From an uncultured Collinsella sp. (lineage in GTDB: Bacteria > Actinomycetota > Coriobacteriia > Coriobacteriales > Coriobacteriaceae), in assembly GCA_902496945.1 (NCBI GenBank), contig CABVDE010000002.1:6525-70524 (forward strand): a stretch of DNA of 64,000 nucleotides. The letters are read 5' to 3'. The position numbers were made by a program, and so were the translations under genes. Below, piece by piece: positions 29,118 to 39,596 of the stretch; position 1 is the stretch's first letter; every line of letters begins with the position of its first letter. The notes under the pieces are model-generated. The model was not told where the DNA came from. It worked only from the letters and a program-made list of their open reading frames with translations, and made no database searches.

Positions 29118-30380
29118 CTACAGCACCGCGCCCTCGGGCAGATCGACGCGCACAACGTCCACGACATCGCCCGCCGCAAGGTCACACGGCCTTTCGTCAA
29201 TACGCAACAGGCAGTTGGCCCGCTGCATCGTGCCGAGCAGCGCCGAATTCTGCGTCTTGGCCTCGGTCACCAACAGCTCACCGGTCTCGGGGTCGCGCGA
29301 AACCGTGGCGCGATCGAAGAAGCGGCGATGCTGTCGCTTTTTCACGCCGTGCGTGAGCATCGCCTGCTGCACGGGACGCGCGCCCTCGGCAAAGCCGCGC
29401 ATCTTGCGGATCGCCGGACGGGCAAGCATCTCAAAGCCTACATACGCCGCGGCCGGATTACCCGAAAGCCCCAGGTAGGGCTTACTCCCGAGCAAGCCAA
29501 ACGTGATGGCCTTGCCCGGACGCATCGAGATGCGGTCAAACAACACCTCGCCCTCGCGCTGGACCAACGCCGTCACATAGTCGTAATCACCCGCCGAGGC
29601 ACCACCGCTCGTAATGACAAAATCGCACTCCCGCACGGCACGATGTACCAGCTCGGATATCGCCCGCTCATCGTCGGGTGCGATGCCGTAGAACACGGGC
29701 TCGGCGCCGGCATCGAGCGCTTCGGCCATCAACGCCGATGAGTTGGAGTCGCGAATCTGCCCGCGCACCGGCACGTTACTCGGTGCGACCAGCTCCGTGC
29801 CCAGCGAGATGACGCCCACGCGCGGAGCAGCGTGCACCTTCACACTCGCGTATCCGGCACTTGCCAGCAGGCCCGCGCCCGCCGGAGCCACGATCTCGCC
29901 GGCGCGTATCACGACGTCCCCGGCATGGGCCTCCTCGGCGGCGGAACGAACGTTCTCCCCTACCTTGGCGGGCGCCGAGAAACGGATGCGCGAGCCCTCG
30001 TTGCCGTCACCGTCGAGCACATCGACGACCTCGTACTTCACCACGGCATCGGCACCTTCGGGTACCGGCGCGCCCGTCATGATGCGGACCGCCTCGCCCG
30101 CGCCGACCGCGCCCTCAAACACATGGCCCGCGGCCTCGTGTCCGATAACGTCGAGCGTCACCGGCACCTCACCAGATGCCTGCGCCAAGTCCGCCGAGCG
30201 CACGGCATATCCGTCCATAGCGCTGTTGGCAAACGGCGAGATGTCGATATCGGCCACCGCGTCCTCGGCCAAGGGAAGACCGGCAGCCTGCCACACGGGA
30301 ATCTCGACAACTTCGGTGCGATTCACGTGCGACAAGACGATCGCCTGCGCGTCCTCCAACGGAATGAGTTTCTCAGCCAT
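29118..30380 (-). CDS. moeA: Molybdopterin molybdotransferase
   Basis: SAMDGYA, IMTGAPVPEGAD, ITSGGASAGDYD, MRPGK, LSGNP. Confidence 0.93.
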   Translation of the reverse strand: MAEKLIPLEDAQAIVLSHVNRTEVVEIPVWQAAGLPLAEDAVADIDISPFANSAMDGYAVRSADLAQASGEVPVTLDVIGHEAAGHVFEGAVGAGEAVRIMTGAPVPEGADAVVKYEVVDVLDGDGNEGSRIRFSAPAKVGENVRSAAEEAHAGDVVIRAGEIVAPAGAGLLASAGYASVKVHAAPRVGVISLGTELVAPSNVPVRGQIRDSNSSALMAEALDAGAEPVFYGIAPDDERAISELVHRAVRECDFVITSGGASAGDYDYVTALVQREGEVLFDRISMRPGKAITFGLLGSKPYLGLSGNPAAAYVGFEMLARPAIRKMRGFAEGARPVQQAMLTHGVKKRQHRRFFDRATVSRDPETGELLVTEAKTQNSALLGTMQRANCLLRIDERPCDLAAGDVVDVVRVDLPEGAVL

Positions 30381-30591
30381 ATACACCTCTAGCATGCTGC
30401 GGCGCACAACGAAAGCGCCAATTCTTTATATTTATCTCAGTATAATCCCCCATTGCACGACCGCGGCACGGCCTGTGCCCACGAATACACCTGTCGGTTG
30501 CAGGACGCGAAACAGAATCGATACCAACCCACCGTCCCGTCGCGTTTTCCGCGTTTTATAATGCTTGCGTTGCAACCCAAAAGAGGAACAT

Positions 30592-32010
30592 ATGACTTTT
30601 ACCGACAAATCCGATAGCACCAGCGAAGCACGGGAAACCTCCCGACCGCTCGATGAGGGCGGTTTCTCCCTGAACGACGTCATCATGGCCGGCAGGCATC
30701 AACTCACCCGCTCTGAGCAGCTCTTGGCCGCCGACACGCGCCGCAACGCCCGCAACCTGATCGCAAGTGCCAAGCTACTCGCGCTGGTCGTCATCGTCTC
30801 GCTCGCCATGGGCGTTGCCGCCTGGGCGTTTTTGGCCTCGCTGAATATCGCGACCGACTATCGCGAGCACCATGCGTGGGTGTACGCCCTGCTTCCCGTG
30901 GTTGGTGTGGCCACCGCATGGGTGTACAAAAACCACGGCCTTGCCGCCAAACGCGGTAACAACCTGGTCATCGACTCCGCCTTGGGCACACGCCTCATCC
31001 ATATGCGCATGGCCGTCCTCACCTTTATCTGCTCCACGCTCACGCACCTGACGGGCGGATCTGCGGGCCGCGAGGGAGCCGCCGTGCAAATTGGCGGCAC
31101 CATCGCCAGCAACATCTCGAACCTGGCACATCTCAAAAAGCATGACCACCACGACCTTATGCTCGCCGGCATCTCGTCGGCCTTTGGCGCCGTGTTCGGC
31201 TCGCCTCTCGCCGGGGCTTTCTTTGGCATGGAGATGTGCTTTATCGGCAAGATCGACTACACCGCGGGCATCTACTGTCTGGTCGCCTCGTTTACCGGCT
31301 ACTTTACATCACTCGCCCTGGGCACCGAGTACGAGGCGAATGTCATCGCCAGCGTTCCCGATATGACACCCCGAACAGTTGCCATCGTTATTGCGAGCGC
31401 AATCGTCTTTGGCCTGACGGCACGCCTTTTTGCCTGGTCGGTCCGAACGGCTAAAAGCCTGTACGGTCGCTTTATCACCAATTACCTCGTCCGCGCACTC
31501 ATGGGCGCACTCGTGGTTTTGGCCGCCTACGCCCTCCTCGACGCCTGGGGCTACGCCGGCCTTTCTACGTGGCTTTCCGGCGCCGGATTTGCCGGCAACA
31601 CCACCCTGGCGGACGCAGCCATCAAGTTGGTCGTCACAGCGCTTACCCTGGGCGCGGGCTTCCAAGGCGGCGAGGTCACTCCCCTGTTTGGCATCGGTGC
31701 AGCACTCGGTGGCTGGATCGGTTGCCTTACCGGGCTTGATCCCAGCTTTCTGGCGGCTCTCGGCATGCTCGGCGTGTTCTGTGCCGGCCTCAACGTGCCC
31801 ATCACCACCTGCATGATGGCCATCGACCTGTTCCACGGCACGGCCGCCGGGTTCTTTGTCATCGTCTCGTTTATTAGCTACCTTGCCGGCGGCCACCGTG
31901 GCGTGTATCCCGCACAACGCATTGTGTCCCCTAAGCGCCGCTCGCTTATCGTGGACGAGGGCCACACGGTGGCAGAGGCTATCGAGCGCCACAACGACCT
32001 GATAAAGTAG
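30592..32010 (+). CDS. CLC-family anion transporter, fluoride-exporter (CLC-F) subtype
   Basis: GNNLVI, GREGA, GGEVTP motifs; ATG 30592 behind GAGG. Confidence 0.85.
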   Translation: MTFTDKSDSTSEARETSRPLDEGGFSLNDVIMAGRHQLTRSEQLLAADTRRNARNLIASAKLLALVVIVSLAMGVAAWAFLASLNIATDYREHHAWVYALLPVVGVATAWVYKNHGLAAKRGNNLVIDSALGTRLIHMRMAVLTFICSTLTHLTGGSAGREGAAVQIGGTIASNISNLAHLKKHDHHDLMLAGISSAFGAVFGSPLAGAFFGMEMCFIGKIDYTAGIYCLVASFTGYFTSLALGTEYEANVIASVPDMTPRTVAIVIASAIVFGLTARLFAWSVRTAKSLYGRFITNYLVRALMGALVVLAAYALLDAWGYAGLSTWLSGAGFAGNTTLADAAIKLVVTALTLGAGFQGGEVTPLFGIGAALGGWIGCLTGLDPSFLAALGMLGVFCAGLNVPITTCMMAIDLFHGTAAGFFVIVSFISYLAGGHRGVYPAQRIVSPKRRSLIVDEGHTVAEAIERHNDLIK

Positions 32011-32097
32011 ACGTTAGTATTCGCCGTGCAGCCACGATCGGGGACAATTCGACCCGACCGCGACCGCACCGTCACGTCATGCGCCGGGAGTCGCCCC

Positions 32098-33060
32098 ATG
32101 CACGCAACTGATTTTGGTCGCACGCTCATCATCGCCAACCCTGCTGCCCAGTCGGGCGCGGCGCGCGAAGTCGCCGAGCGCCTCCAGCGCTTTTTGGACA
32201 TGACCGCGCGCTCCTCCCAGTTTGACCTGGTGCTAACCGAGCGCATGGGTCATGCCAAGGAGCTCGCCACCCAGGCAAAGGGCTACCGCACCGTTATCGC
32301 ACTCGGCGGCGACGGCGTGATCCACGAGGTCGTCAACGGACTTATGGCACAAAAGGAGGGCGCCCGCCCCGCTCTTGCCATCCTACCCGTGGGTTCCGGC
32401 AACGATTTTGCCCAAACGCTCGGTATAGAAGATTTCTCCGGCAAGGATTTTGGCGCGCTGCTCACCTGCGAGCTGCAGCGTCAGGACATCGGTCGCATTC
32501 GCTCATGGAACCCCGCAAGCGGCAGCGGCGAGGCTACCGTTGAGTACTACGACCAGACGCTTTCGGTCGGCATCGATGCCGCCATCGGCCTGGGCACCAC
32601 CGAGCTGCGCAAAAAGACGGGCCTCGCCGGCGCTCCGCTCTACACCCTATCGGGACTTGAGCAGTTTGGCCTTCGCTATCGCAACTACCCCATGACAGTC
32701 AGCTTTGACGGCGCGCCCGCCGAGCGCGTGAGGGCGATCATCATGGCGATCCAGCTGGGCCCCACCTATGGCTCGGGCTATCGCATCTGCCCCGATGCCG
32801 ACCCGTGCGACGGCATACTCGACGTCTGCTACGCCTGCGGCCCCGTTCCGCGTGCGGTTGCCCTGCCCATGTTTCTTTCGGCCAAGGACGGCCACCATAC
32901 CAAGTTACCGCCGGTTTGCATGCGCCGCTGCCGCCATGCCGAGCTCACCTTTGAGGAGCCCGACTACCCCATCCAGGCCGACGGCGAACCTGTTATCGCC
33001 TCGCGCATCGAAGTCGACATCCTACCCGGCGCCCTCCAAGTCTGGCGCCCAACCCGCTAA
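32098..33060 (+). CDS. Diacylglycerol/lipid kinase family protein
   Basis: ANPAAQSG, GGDGVIHEVVNG, PVGSGNDFA, QADGE. Confidence 0.9.
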   Translation: MHATDFGRTLIIANPAAQSGAAREVAERLQRFLDMTARSSQFDLVLTERMGHAKELATQAKGYRTVIALGGDGVIHEVVNGLMAQKEGARPALAILPVGSGNDFAQTLGIEDFSGKDFGALLTCELQRQDIGRIRSWNPASGSGEATVEYYDQTLSVGIDAAIGLGTTELRKKTGLAGAPLYTLSGLEQFGLRYRNYPMTVSFDGAPAERVRAIIMAIQLGPTYGSGYRICPDADPCDGILDVCYACGPVPRAVALPMFLSAKDGHHTKLPPVCMRRCRHAELTFEEPDYPIQADGEPVIASRIEVDILPGALQVWRPTR

Positions 33061-33069
33061 CCACCCCTA

Positions 33070-33136
33070 AGTTGCGGTGAAATAGGGACTGTTTATGCAG
33101 GTAAAGCCGCAAAACAGCCCCTATTTCGCCGCAACT
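33070..33136. repeat. 67-bp palindromic intergenic repeat, copy 2
   Basis: AGTTGCGGTGAAATAGGGACTGTTT..AAACAGCCCCTATTTCGCCGCAACT between convergent genes. Confidence 0.8.
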
Positions 33137-33147
33137 TATTGAGAAGC

Positions 33148-33528
33148 TCATTCATCACCTGCGGGCTTGCGACGGTTAGCCTTTTTAATCGCATTGAAGT
33201 GTTTATCGTTGAGCCTATGCTGACGTGAGCGCTGGGGCACCTTGGTCTTCACACGGCGGCGCGGTGGGCGTCCTCGGCGCTCAAGCTCCGCCCGCAGCTT
33301 GCGCAGGCAGCTCGCACGGTTCTGGAACTGGCTGCGACTCTCGCGCGCCGTCACGACAATCCCCGTGGGTATATGCTTCAGGCGCACGGCAGAGTCCGTC
33401 GTGTTTACGCCCTGACCGCCCGGACCCGTCGCGCGAAACACCTGCACCTCGCAGCCGCGCGCCAATTCCGCGGCTGACATCTCGGCAAAGCGCGCAAACT
33501 CGCGCCAGCCCATCTTGTTCTCATCCAT
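33148..33528 (-). CDS. ArfB-like ribosome-rescue peptidyl-tRNA hydrolase (RF-1 domain)
   Basis: [17 protein letters not shown], basic C-terminal tail; 126 aa from ATG 33528 behind GGAGG. Confidence 0.85.
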   Translation of the reverse strand: MDENKMGWREFARFAEMSAAELARGCEVQVFRATGPGGQGVNTTDSAVRLKHIPTGIVVTARESRSQFQNRASCLRKLRAELERRGRPPRRRVKTKVPQRSRQHRLNDKHFNAIKKANRRKPAGDE

Positions 33529-33610
33529 ACCAACACCTCCTCTCAAACAAAAAAAGTGACAAAGGGACAGTCCCTTTGTCACATCGCATGCAATCGTATG
33601 TGCCGCGCGC

Positions 33611-34189
33611 CTAGGCGAAAGTAATCTCGCCATTCTCGCAGTCCATATCGGCGATACGGGCCAGGCTCTCAACGCGGAAACCGTGCTCGCGGAGCTTGTC
33701 GCCGCCACCCTGAAAGCCCTTCTCCACGGCAATGCCGATGCCGGAAACCTCGGCGCCCGCAGCCTCGCAGATCTTGATGAGGCCCTCGAGCGCACAGCCG
33801 TTGGCCAGGAAGTCGTCGATAATCAGGACCTTGTCGCCCTCGGACAGGAAGCGCTTACCCACGATAACCGGGTATTCCTTCTGCTTAGTGAAGGAGTAGA
33901 TGGTCGTGGCATACTGCTCGCCGTCGAGGTTGATGGACTGCGCCTTCTTGGCAAAGACCACCGGCACGCCGCCAAAGTGCTGGGCCGCGATGCAGGCCAT
34001 GCCAATGCCCGAAGCCTCGATCGTCAGGATCTTGTTGATCTCGACGCCCTCGAACAGACGGGCCCACTCAGCGCCCATGTGGTCGAACAGCTCAACGTCG
34101 CACTGGTGGTTGAGGAAGGCATCAACCTTAAGGACGCTACCGGCCTTTACGATGCCGTCACGGCGAATACGATCCTCAAGCTCCTGCAT
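33611..34189 (-). CDS. xpt: Xanthine phosphoribosyltransferase
   Basis: [33 protein letters not shown]. Confidence 0.93.
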   Translation of the reverse strand: MQELEDRIRRDGIVKAGSVLKVDAFLNHQCDVELFDHMGAEWARLFEGVEINKILTIEASGIGMACIAAQHFGGVPVVFAKKAQSINLDGEQYATTIYSFTKQKEYPVIVGKRFLSEGDKVLIIDDFLANGCALEGLIKICEAAGAEVSGIGIAVEKGFQGGGDKLREHGFRVESLARIADMDCENGEITFA

Positions 34190-34388
34190 GGCGCAACCCT
34201 TTCTCGCGGCAATGATTCCGCGCGATGAACAAATGTTGCACGATAGTCTATCACGGACCGACCCCCGCCCGCCCCACAAGCCTCGTCGCACCATAAAGCC
34301 GCAAGACCAGTCAATTTGGGACGGGGCTCTTTTTGCTCCCTTAATGAGCCCTTTTCCTCCGTCCCCGGGGGATCATCCTGCGATGCCC

Positions 34389-34548
34389 GCCACGAAACTG
34401 GTCCATCTACTACGTTTAACCTAACACCCCTGTCCATACCCACGATTTCTGAAAACCGGCAAGCTATCTACCTGCGCTTTTGTTTTCACCAGATACACCG
34501 TGGTTGGGACTTCGCGGTCTAACGTAGTAGATGGGCGCGATTCGTGGC
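34389..34548. repeat. 160-bp MITE/REPIN-like element, copy 2
   Basis: GCCACGAA..ATCTACTACGTT ... TCTACCTGCGCTTTTG ... AACGTAGTAGAT..TTCGTGGC. Confidence 0.8.
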
Positions 34549-34566
34549 AGACAACGCCCCAATACG

Positions 34567-35871
34567 CTAATGTCGGGCGCGCATCCTCACCAAACGCACC
34601 ATCGTGAGCATAAAGCCCACGGCCGCCACGGCCATCAACACATAGAACACCGAACGGAAACCAAACAGGAACACGTCCGGACGGCCTGCAACAAAGCTGG
34701 TCACGGCCTCGCCCATCGCCGCGCTCATCTGACCGTAGAGGATATGCGAGCCCACCGTAATGCCGAGCGCCATGCCGGCGTAGCGCGCCAGGCTGCCCAA
34801 GCTGCCCGCAAAACCGAGCGCCTCGCGCGGCGCCGAGCCCATATACAGGGAGTTGTTGGGGCTCTGGAAAATCGACGTACCACACGACATAACCGCGACG
34901 CAGCACACGATCATCAGGATGGAGGAGTGCTCGTCGAGCGTGCTCACCGCAAACAGGCCACACACGTATACACCCAGGCCAACCGCGGTGGGTCCCTCGC
35001 ATCCAACGCGGTCCGAAACCGTACCCGAAAGCGGGCCGATAAAGGCATTCACCGTCGGCAGCGCCAAAAACAGCAGGCCCGAAACGTCAGACCCAAACCC
35101 ATGTGCATCCTGAAAATAGAACGGTAGGATAAACTCCGACGCACCGATACCGATAAACACGATGAGCATACAAGCAAGGTTGATGGCAAAAGCCGAGTTC
35201 GCAAAACAGCGGTGAGCTGCCTCGGCAAGGGGCATGGGGCGTTCGTCAGCCCTTGGCTTAACATGAGGCAGCGTGTAGAGCCCCACGATGAACGAGATCA
35301 CGCCAATGGGCAGGTTAATGAGAAAGATGCTCTCCCAGGGAAAGCTCGCCACCAGCATGCCGCCGAGCACGGGACCACACATCATGCCGAGCGCCACGAA
35401 GGTCGCCAGGATTCCCATGGCACGGCCGCGCTCACATGCCGGAAACGACTCGGTGATAATGCCCATGTTGTTGGCCATAGCCGCCGCGCAACCAACGCCC
35501 TGGACAACGCGCGCCAGAATGAGTACCTCGAGCGAACTCGAAAGGCCGCACAGCAGCGAGCCGCCCGTAAAGACGATGACACCCAGCTGAAACACATTCA
35601 CCTTGCCGCGCACGTCGCCCAGACGACCAAACGGCAACATGGCCACGCACGTCGCGAGCAGATACACCGAGCTCACCAGCTGGATGCGATCGAGGCCCAC
35701 ACCCAGCTCCTTTTGCATCACCGGAAGCGCAACGGTCACGACGGTCGAATCCAGACATGCCATAAACGTCATGACGAGCACCGTGAACAGAATCGCCCAC
35801 TTGTTCTTGCCGTGGGTGTCGCCCTCAAGAGCAATACGCTCGCGGCGCAACTGCTCGGCAGTTTTCTCCAT
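34567..35871 (-). CDS. MFS transporter (DHA2/EmrB-like)
   Basis: LDSTVVTVALP, GRLGDVRG, ARVVQGVG, GPVLGG, IFLINLPIG. Confidence 0.88.
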   Translation of the reverse strand: MEKTAEQLRRERIALEGDTHGKNKWAILFTVLVMTFMACLDSTVVTVALPVMQKELGVGLDRIQLVSSVYLLATCVAMLPFGRLGDVRGKVNVFQLGVIVFTGGSLLCGLSSSLEVLILARVVQGVGCAAAMANNMGIITESFPACERGRAMGILATFVALGMMCGPVLGGMLVASFPWESIFLINLPIGVISFIVGLYTLPHVKPRADERPMPLAEAAHRCFANSAFAINLACMLIVFIGIGASEFILPFYFQDAHGFGSDVSGLLFLALPTVNAFIGPLSGTVSDRVGCEGPTAVGLGVYVCGLFAVSTLDEHSSILMIVCCVAVMSCGTSIFQSPNNSLYMGSAPREALGFAGSLGSLARYAGMALGITVGSHILYGQMSAAMGEAVTSFVAGRPDVFLFGFRSVFYVLMAVAAVGFMLTMVRLVRMRARH

Positions 35872-36012
35872 ATGCATCCTTTCGCTTAAGACAACGCAAA
35901 AAAGGGACCCCAATCGCCTGCAATCAGCTGCAATCGGGGTCCCGCCTACGGAATCGGAACTATATGTCACCGGAACCCCAAGGGGGACCGTCGCTTCATA
36001 CGGGAAGCTAGC

Positions 36013-37296
36013 CTAGCACTGTTCGAGCGCCTGCTCAAGGTCGGCGATCAAATCGGCGGTGTCCTCGAGGCCGCACGACAGGCGTACCATGTCGGCGGAG
36101 ATACCGCAGGCGATGAGCTCCTCATCGTTCATCTGACGGTGCGTGGCGTTTGCCGGGTGCAGGCAGCAGGTGCGGGCATCGGCCACGTGCGTGGCGATCA
36201 GAGCAAGCTTGAGGCTCTTCATAAAGGTCTCGGCCGCCGCACGGCCGCCGGTAAAGCCAAAGCTCACGACGCCACAGGTACCGTTGGGCATGTACTTCTG
36301 AGCCATGTCATAGTACTTGTCGCCCTCCAGGCCCGGATAGCTCACGAAGCGAACCTTGGGGTGGCTCTGCAGGAACTTGGCGACCGCCAGGCCGTTCTCG
36401 CAGTGGCGCGGCATACGCACATGCAGGCTCTCGAGCGAGCTGTTCAAGAAAAACGCCGCCTGCGGGTTTTGCATGGGGCCAAGGTCGCGCATAAGCTGCG
36501 CGGTGGCCTTGGTAATGAAGGCGCCCTCGCGACCGAACTTCTCGGCATAGGTCACGCCGTGATAGCTCTCGTCGGGCGTGGTGAGGCCCGGGAACTTGTC
36601 AGCATGTGCCATCCAGTCAAACTGACCGTGGTCGACAATTACGCCGCCCAGGTAGGCCGCGTGACCATCCATGTACTTGGTCGTGGAGTGCGTGACGATG
36701 TCGGCGCCCCACTCAAAGGGACGACACATCACCGGCGTCGGGAAGGTGTTGTCGACCATCAGCGGCACGCCGTGATCGTGCGCAGCCTTGGCAAAGCGCT
36801 CGATATCGAGGACTGCGAGCGCAGGATTGGCGATGGTCTCACCGAAGACGAGCTTGGTGTTGGGTTGGAAGGCGGCCTCGAGCTCCTCATCGGTGCAGTC
36901 GGGGGCAACGAAGGTGCAGGCAACGCCCATGCGGCCCATGGTGTGGGCCAGCAGGTTATACGTGCCGCCGTAAATTGCAGAGCTCGCGACCACGTGATCG
37001 CCGGCGCCGGCCACGTTAAAGATCGCAAGGAAGTTCGCAGCCATGCCCGAACTCGTGAGCATCGCAGCGGTACCACCCTCCATCTCGCAGATCTTGGCGG
37101 CAACCAGATCGCACGTGGGATTCTGCAGACGGCTGTAGAAGTAGCCCGATTCCTCCAGGTCAAAAAGCTTGCCCATGTGCTCGGACGTGTCGTACTTCCA
37201 CGTGGTGGACTGGTAGATGGGCACCTGGCGCGGCTCCGCATCGCCCGGGCGATAACCGCCCTGAACACACGTGGTACCGATGGTCTGCTCGCTCAT
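36013..37296 (-). CDS. metY: O-acetylhomoserine aminocarboxypropyltransferase/cysteine synthase
   Basis: PIYQSTT, YSRLQNPT, YGGT, DNTF, HSTTKYMDGH (PLP Lys), HPANATH. Confidence 0.88.
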   Translation of the reverse strand: MSEQTIGTTCVQGGYRPGDAEPRQVPIYQSTTWKYDTSEHMGKLFDLEESGYFYSRLQNPTCDLVAAKICEMEGGTAAMLTSSGMAANFLAIFNVAGAGDHVVASSAIYGGTYNLLAHTMGRMGVACTFVAPDCTDEELEAAFQPNTKLVFGETIANPALAVLDIERFAKAAHDHGVPLMVDNTFPTPVMCRPFEWGADIVTHSTTKYMDGHAAYLGGVIVDHGQFDWMAHADKFPGLTTPDESYHGVTYAEKFGREGAFITKATAQLMRDLGPMQNPQAAFFLNSSLESLHVRMPRHCENGLAVAKFLQSHPKVRFVSYPGLEGDKYYDMAQKYMPNGTCGVVSFGFTGGRAAAETFMKSLKLALIATHVADARTCCLHPANATHRQMNDEELIACGISADMVRLSCGLEDTADLIADLEQALEQC

Positions 37297-37529
37297 ATCC
37301 AACTCCCTTACTTGGGTTTTGTTTTATTCGGTTCACGATACCGCTACCCCGCACCCCTCTCAACCCATCCCGCCGATAGGTTATGGGACAAATTCATCAG
37401 GGTTATTTGTCCCAAATCTGAAAGATTGTGTTCGATGGCAAAAACAGTGAGATATACGTTGGGGTCTCGATGAGCAAATACGCCCGCAAGGGTACCATAA
37501 GCGGGTACACCGCAACTAAGGAGACACCA

Positions 37530-37976
37530 ATGAAGCAGATTGATACCTCGCAGCTCGACACCGCCGCCTGTCAGGCCCAGGCCGCCGAATACCACGCCCG
37601 TGGCTTTAACTGCGCACAGGCCGTCGCTTGCACACTCGCGCCTGCCGTCGGACTCGACCCCGAGACCGCGTTCACCCTCACCGAAGGCTTCGGCGCCGGC
37701 ATGGGCGGCATGACCGAGACCTGCGGCGCTATCTCAGGCGCCGTGGCCATCATGGGCTTCGTGATGAGCGATGGTATGGAAAACCCTAAGACCAAGGGCC
37801 AGACCTACAAGCTGTCGCGCGAGATCGCCAAGCGCTTTGGCGAGAAGAACACGTCGACCATCTGTGGCACGCTCAAAGGCGTCGGCTCGGACCAGGGCCC
37901 GCTCCGCAGCTGCCCCGGCTGCATTGACGACGCCGTCGAAATCGCCTGCGATATCCTGAAGCGACTCGCCGAGTAA
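37530..37976 (+). CDS. C-GCAxxG-C-C family redox protein (Cys form)
   Basis: GFNCAQAV, GFGAGMG, TCGAISG, two further Cys; AAGGAG RBS. Confidence 0.85.
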   Translation: MKQIDTSQLDTAACQAQAAEYHARGFNCAQAVACTLAPAVGLDPETAFTLTEGFGAGMGGMTETCGAISGAVAIMGFVMSDGMENPKTKGQTYKLSREIAKRFGEKNTSTICGTLKGVGSDQGPLRSCPGCIDDAVEIACDILKRLAE

Positions 37977-38039
37977 TCGGCAGCAACATAAAACGACGGC
38001 CGGTGCGCCCGCCCCCCTAAAGCACGCCGGCCGTCGTCG

Positions 38040-38678
38040 TTAGAACTCGGCAAACTCGGGAGCACCGACCTCGATCTCCTCGCGACCAGCCATCAGCTCG
38101 CGCATCTTCGAGCAAAACGGCTCCTGCTCCCCCGCCTTAAACACCAAATGAATCGTCACTGCGTCCGCATAGTCAGTGCCCGAAACCTTGGCACCCGAAT
38201 CCTGCGCCAAGCGAAGCACCTGCTCATACTGAGGATAGGCCACATGGACGTCAACGGGCACAACGCTCGTCATCTCGACGATCTGCCCGGCATCCTGAGC
38301 CGCGGCTACCGCTGCCTGCGTCGCTGTCGTATAGGCACGCACTAGACCGCCTGGCCCCAATAACGTGCCGCCAAAGTAACGTGTCACCACACAGCAAACA
38401 TTCTTGAGCCCCGCGCCGCGCAAAACCTCAAGCGTCGGCATGCCACTCGTGCGACTCGGCTCACCGTCATCGCTCTGGCGCTCACGTCCATCAACCAAAA
38501 TCCAGGCAGGGACATTATGTCGAGCATCATAATGGCGTTTCCGAACCATCTCGATAAAGGAATTCGCCTCGTCCTCGGACTCAATATGGACCAGCTGGGC
38601 AATAAACCGACTCTTACGGTCCACAAACTCGCCCGTAGCCTCAATATTCGAATGCAGAGTAAAATAGCTGTCCAACAA
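38040..38678 (-). CDS. YigZ/IMPACT family protein
   Basis: KSRFIA, ARHN, SDDGEP, VTRYFGGTLLGPGGLVRAY. Confidence 0.9.
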   Translation of the reverse strand: MLDSYFTLHSNIEATGEFVDRKSRFIAQLVHIESEDEANSFIEMVRKRHYDARHNVPAWILVDGRERQSDDGEPSRTSGMPTLEVLRGAGLKNVCCVVTRYFGGTLLGPGGLVRAYTTATQAAVAAAQDAGQIVEMTSVVPVDVHVAYPQYEQVLRLAQDSGAKVSGTDYADAVTIHLVFKAGEQEPFCSKMRELMAGREEIEVGAPEFAEF

Positions 38679-38792
38679 AGCCCCTCAACAGAATAAAGCG
38701 CGCTAACAAACAGCCTCAATAATACGGCAAAGACTACGTCGGTTACCCCGGTAAAAAGAGCGAAACCGCCGATGCCCAGGCGAAAACAGCGA

Positions 38793-38890
38793 GACGGCGT
38801 CAGCTGAGTCGATTTGGCCCGAAAGAGGAGGGAGCACGCCTTATGGCGGCGACCGACGAATGAGCGCCAAATCGGCCAGCTGACGCCGTC
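38793..38890. repeat. Long nested hairpin downstream of rnpB
   Basis: GACGGCGTCAGCTG / CAGCTGACGCCGTC outer arms and CGATTTGGC / GCCAAATCG inner arms. Confidence 0.65.
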
Positions 38891-38907
38891 GCAGCGTCGA
38901 CAAGAAA

Positions 38908-39269
38908 GCTGAGTGGGCCGATAAGCCGGGTTCTGTCGTGAACGGTCATTTATCTTGTCTGCACGTTACCGTGCAGCTCCACGCACGCTACCCGAACGCG
39001 GACCGGGCCGGCCCATAGCGTTCCTATTCGCGCTTGCTCCGGATGGGGCTTGCCAAGCCGCCGTGTTGCCACGACGCTGGTGGTCTCTTACACCACCGTT
39101 TCAGCTTTTCCCTTTACGCCTTGCGGCGCAGGTGGGAGTCTTCTTTTCTGCGGCGCTTTCCGTCGGATCACTCCGCCCGGCCGTTAGCCGGCATCCCGCC
39201 CTCTGGAGCCCGGACTTTCCTCACGCGTGCTGCAAGCAGCACATCGCGCGACCGTCTGGCCCACTCAGC
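38908..39269 (-). ncRNA. rnpB: RNase P RNA (class A)
   Basis: Minus strand has GAGGAAAGTCCGGGCTCC and ACAGAACCCGGCTTAT; P1 GCTGAGTGGGCC / GGCCCACTCAGC. Confidence 0.95.
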
Positions 39270-39596
39270 AGTGCAAGAGTGTAGCACACCGTTGCCGCAG
39301 GCAATGGCACAACGCAAGCGTTCGACACGATAAACCAAGACCACGCCATGCAGTACAATAGGAATGCCGATGGGCAACGTCGCCAGTCGAGACGCGACCG
39401 CGCTCCGCACCCCTCCGTCTACTCGGTGCGTTCCCGCCTCCTCCCCGAGGCGGGATGTCGGCGTTTTTTCATACACCGACAACTCAATAGCAAGCAGATG
39501 TTCAAAGTCGCAACAGGGGCTTCCAGCATTGCAAACGCAAAAAGGGACCCGTCCATTGCGGACGAATCCCTTAAAGCAAGTGATCGTCAAACCGAT

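Noticed and set aside
30381..30590. Moco riboswitch before moeA, or fluoride riboswitch before the CLC gene
   Set aside because: Conserved motifs not recognisable by eye; only an Infernal scan could exclude them fully
37300..37500. SAM riboswitch upstream of metY
   Set aside because: No SAM-I/IV core recognisable
37530..37976. Further selenoproteins (C-GCAxxG-C-C protein, DUF3343, YedF, molybdoenzyme)
   Set aside because: All candidate positions are Cys codons and the frames have no internal TGA
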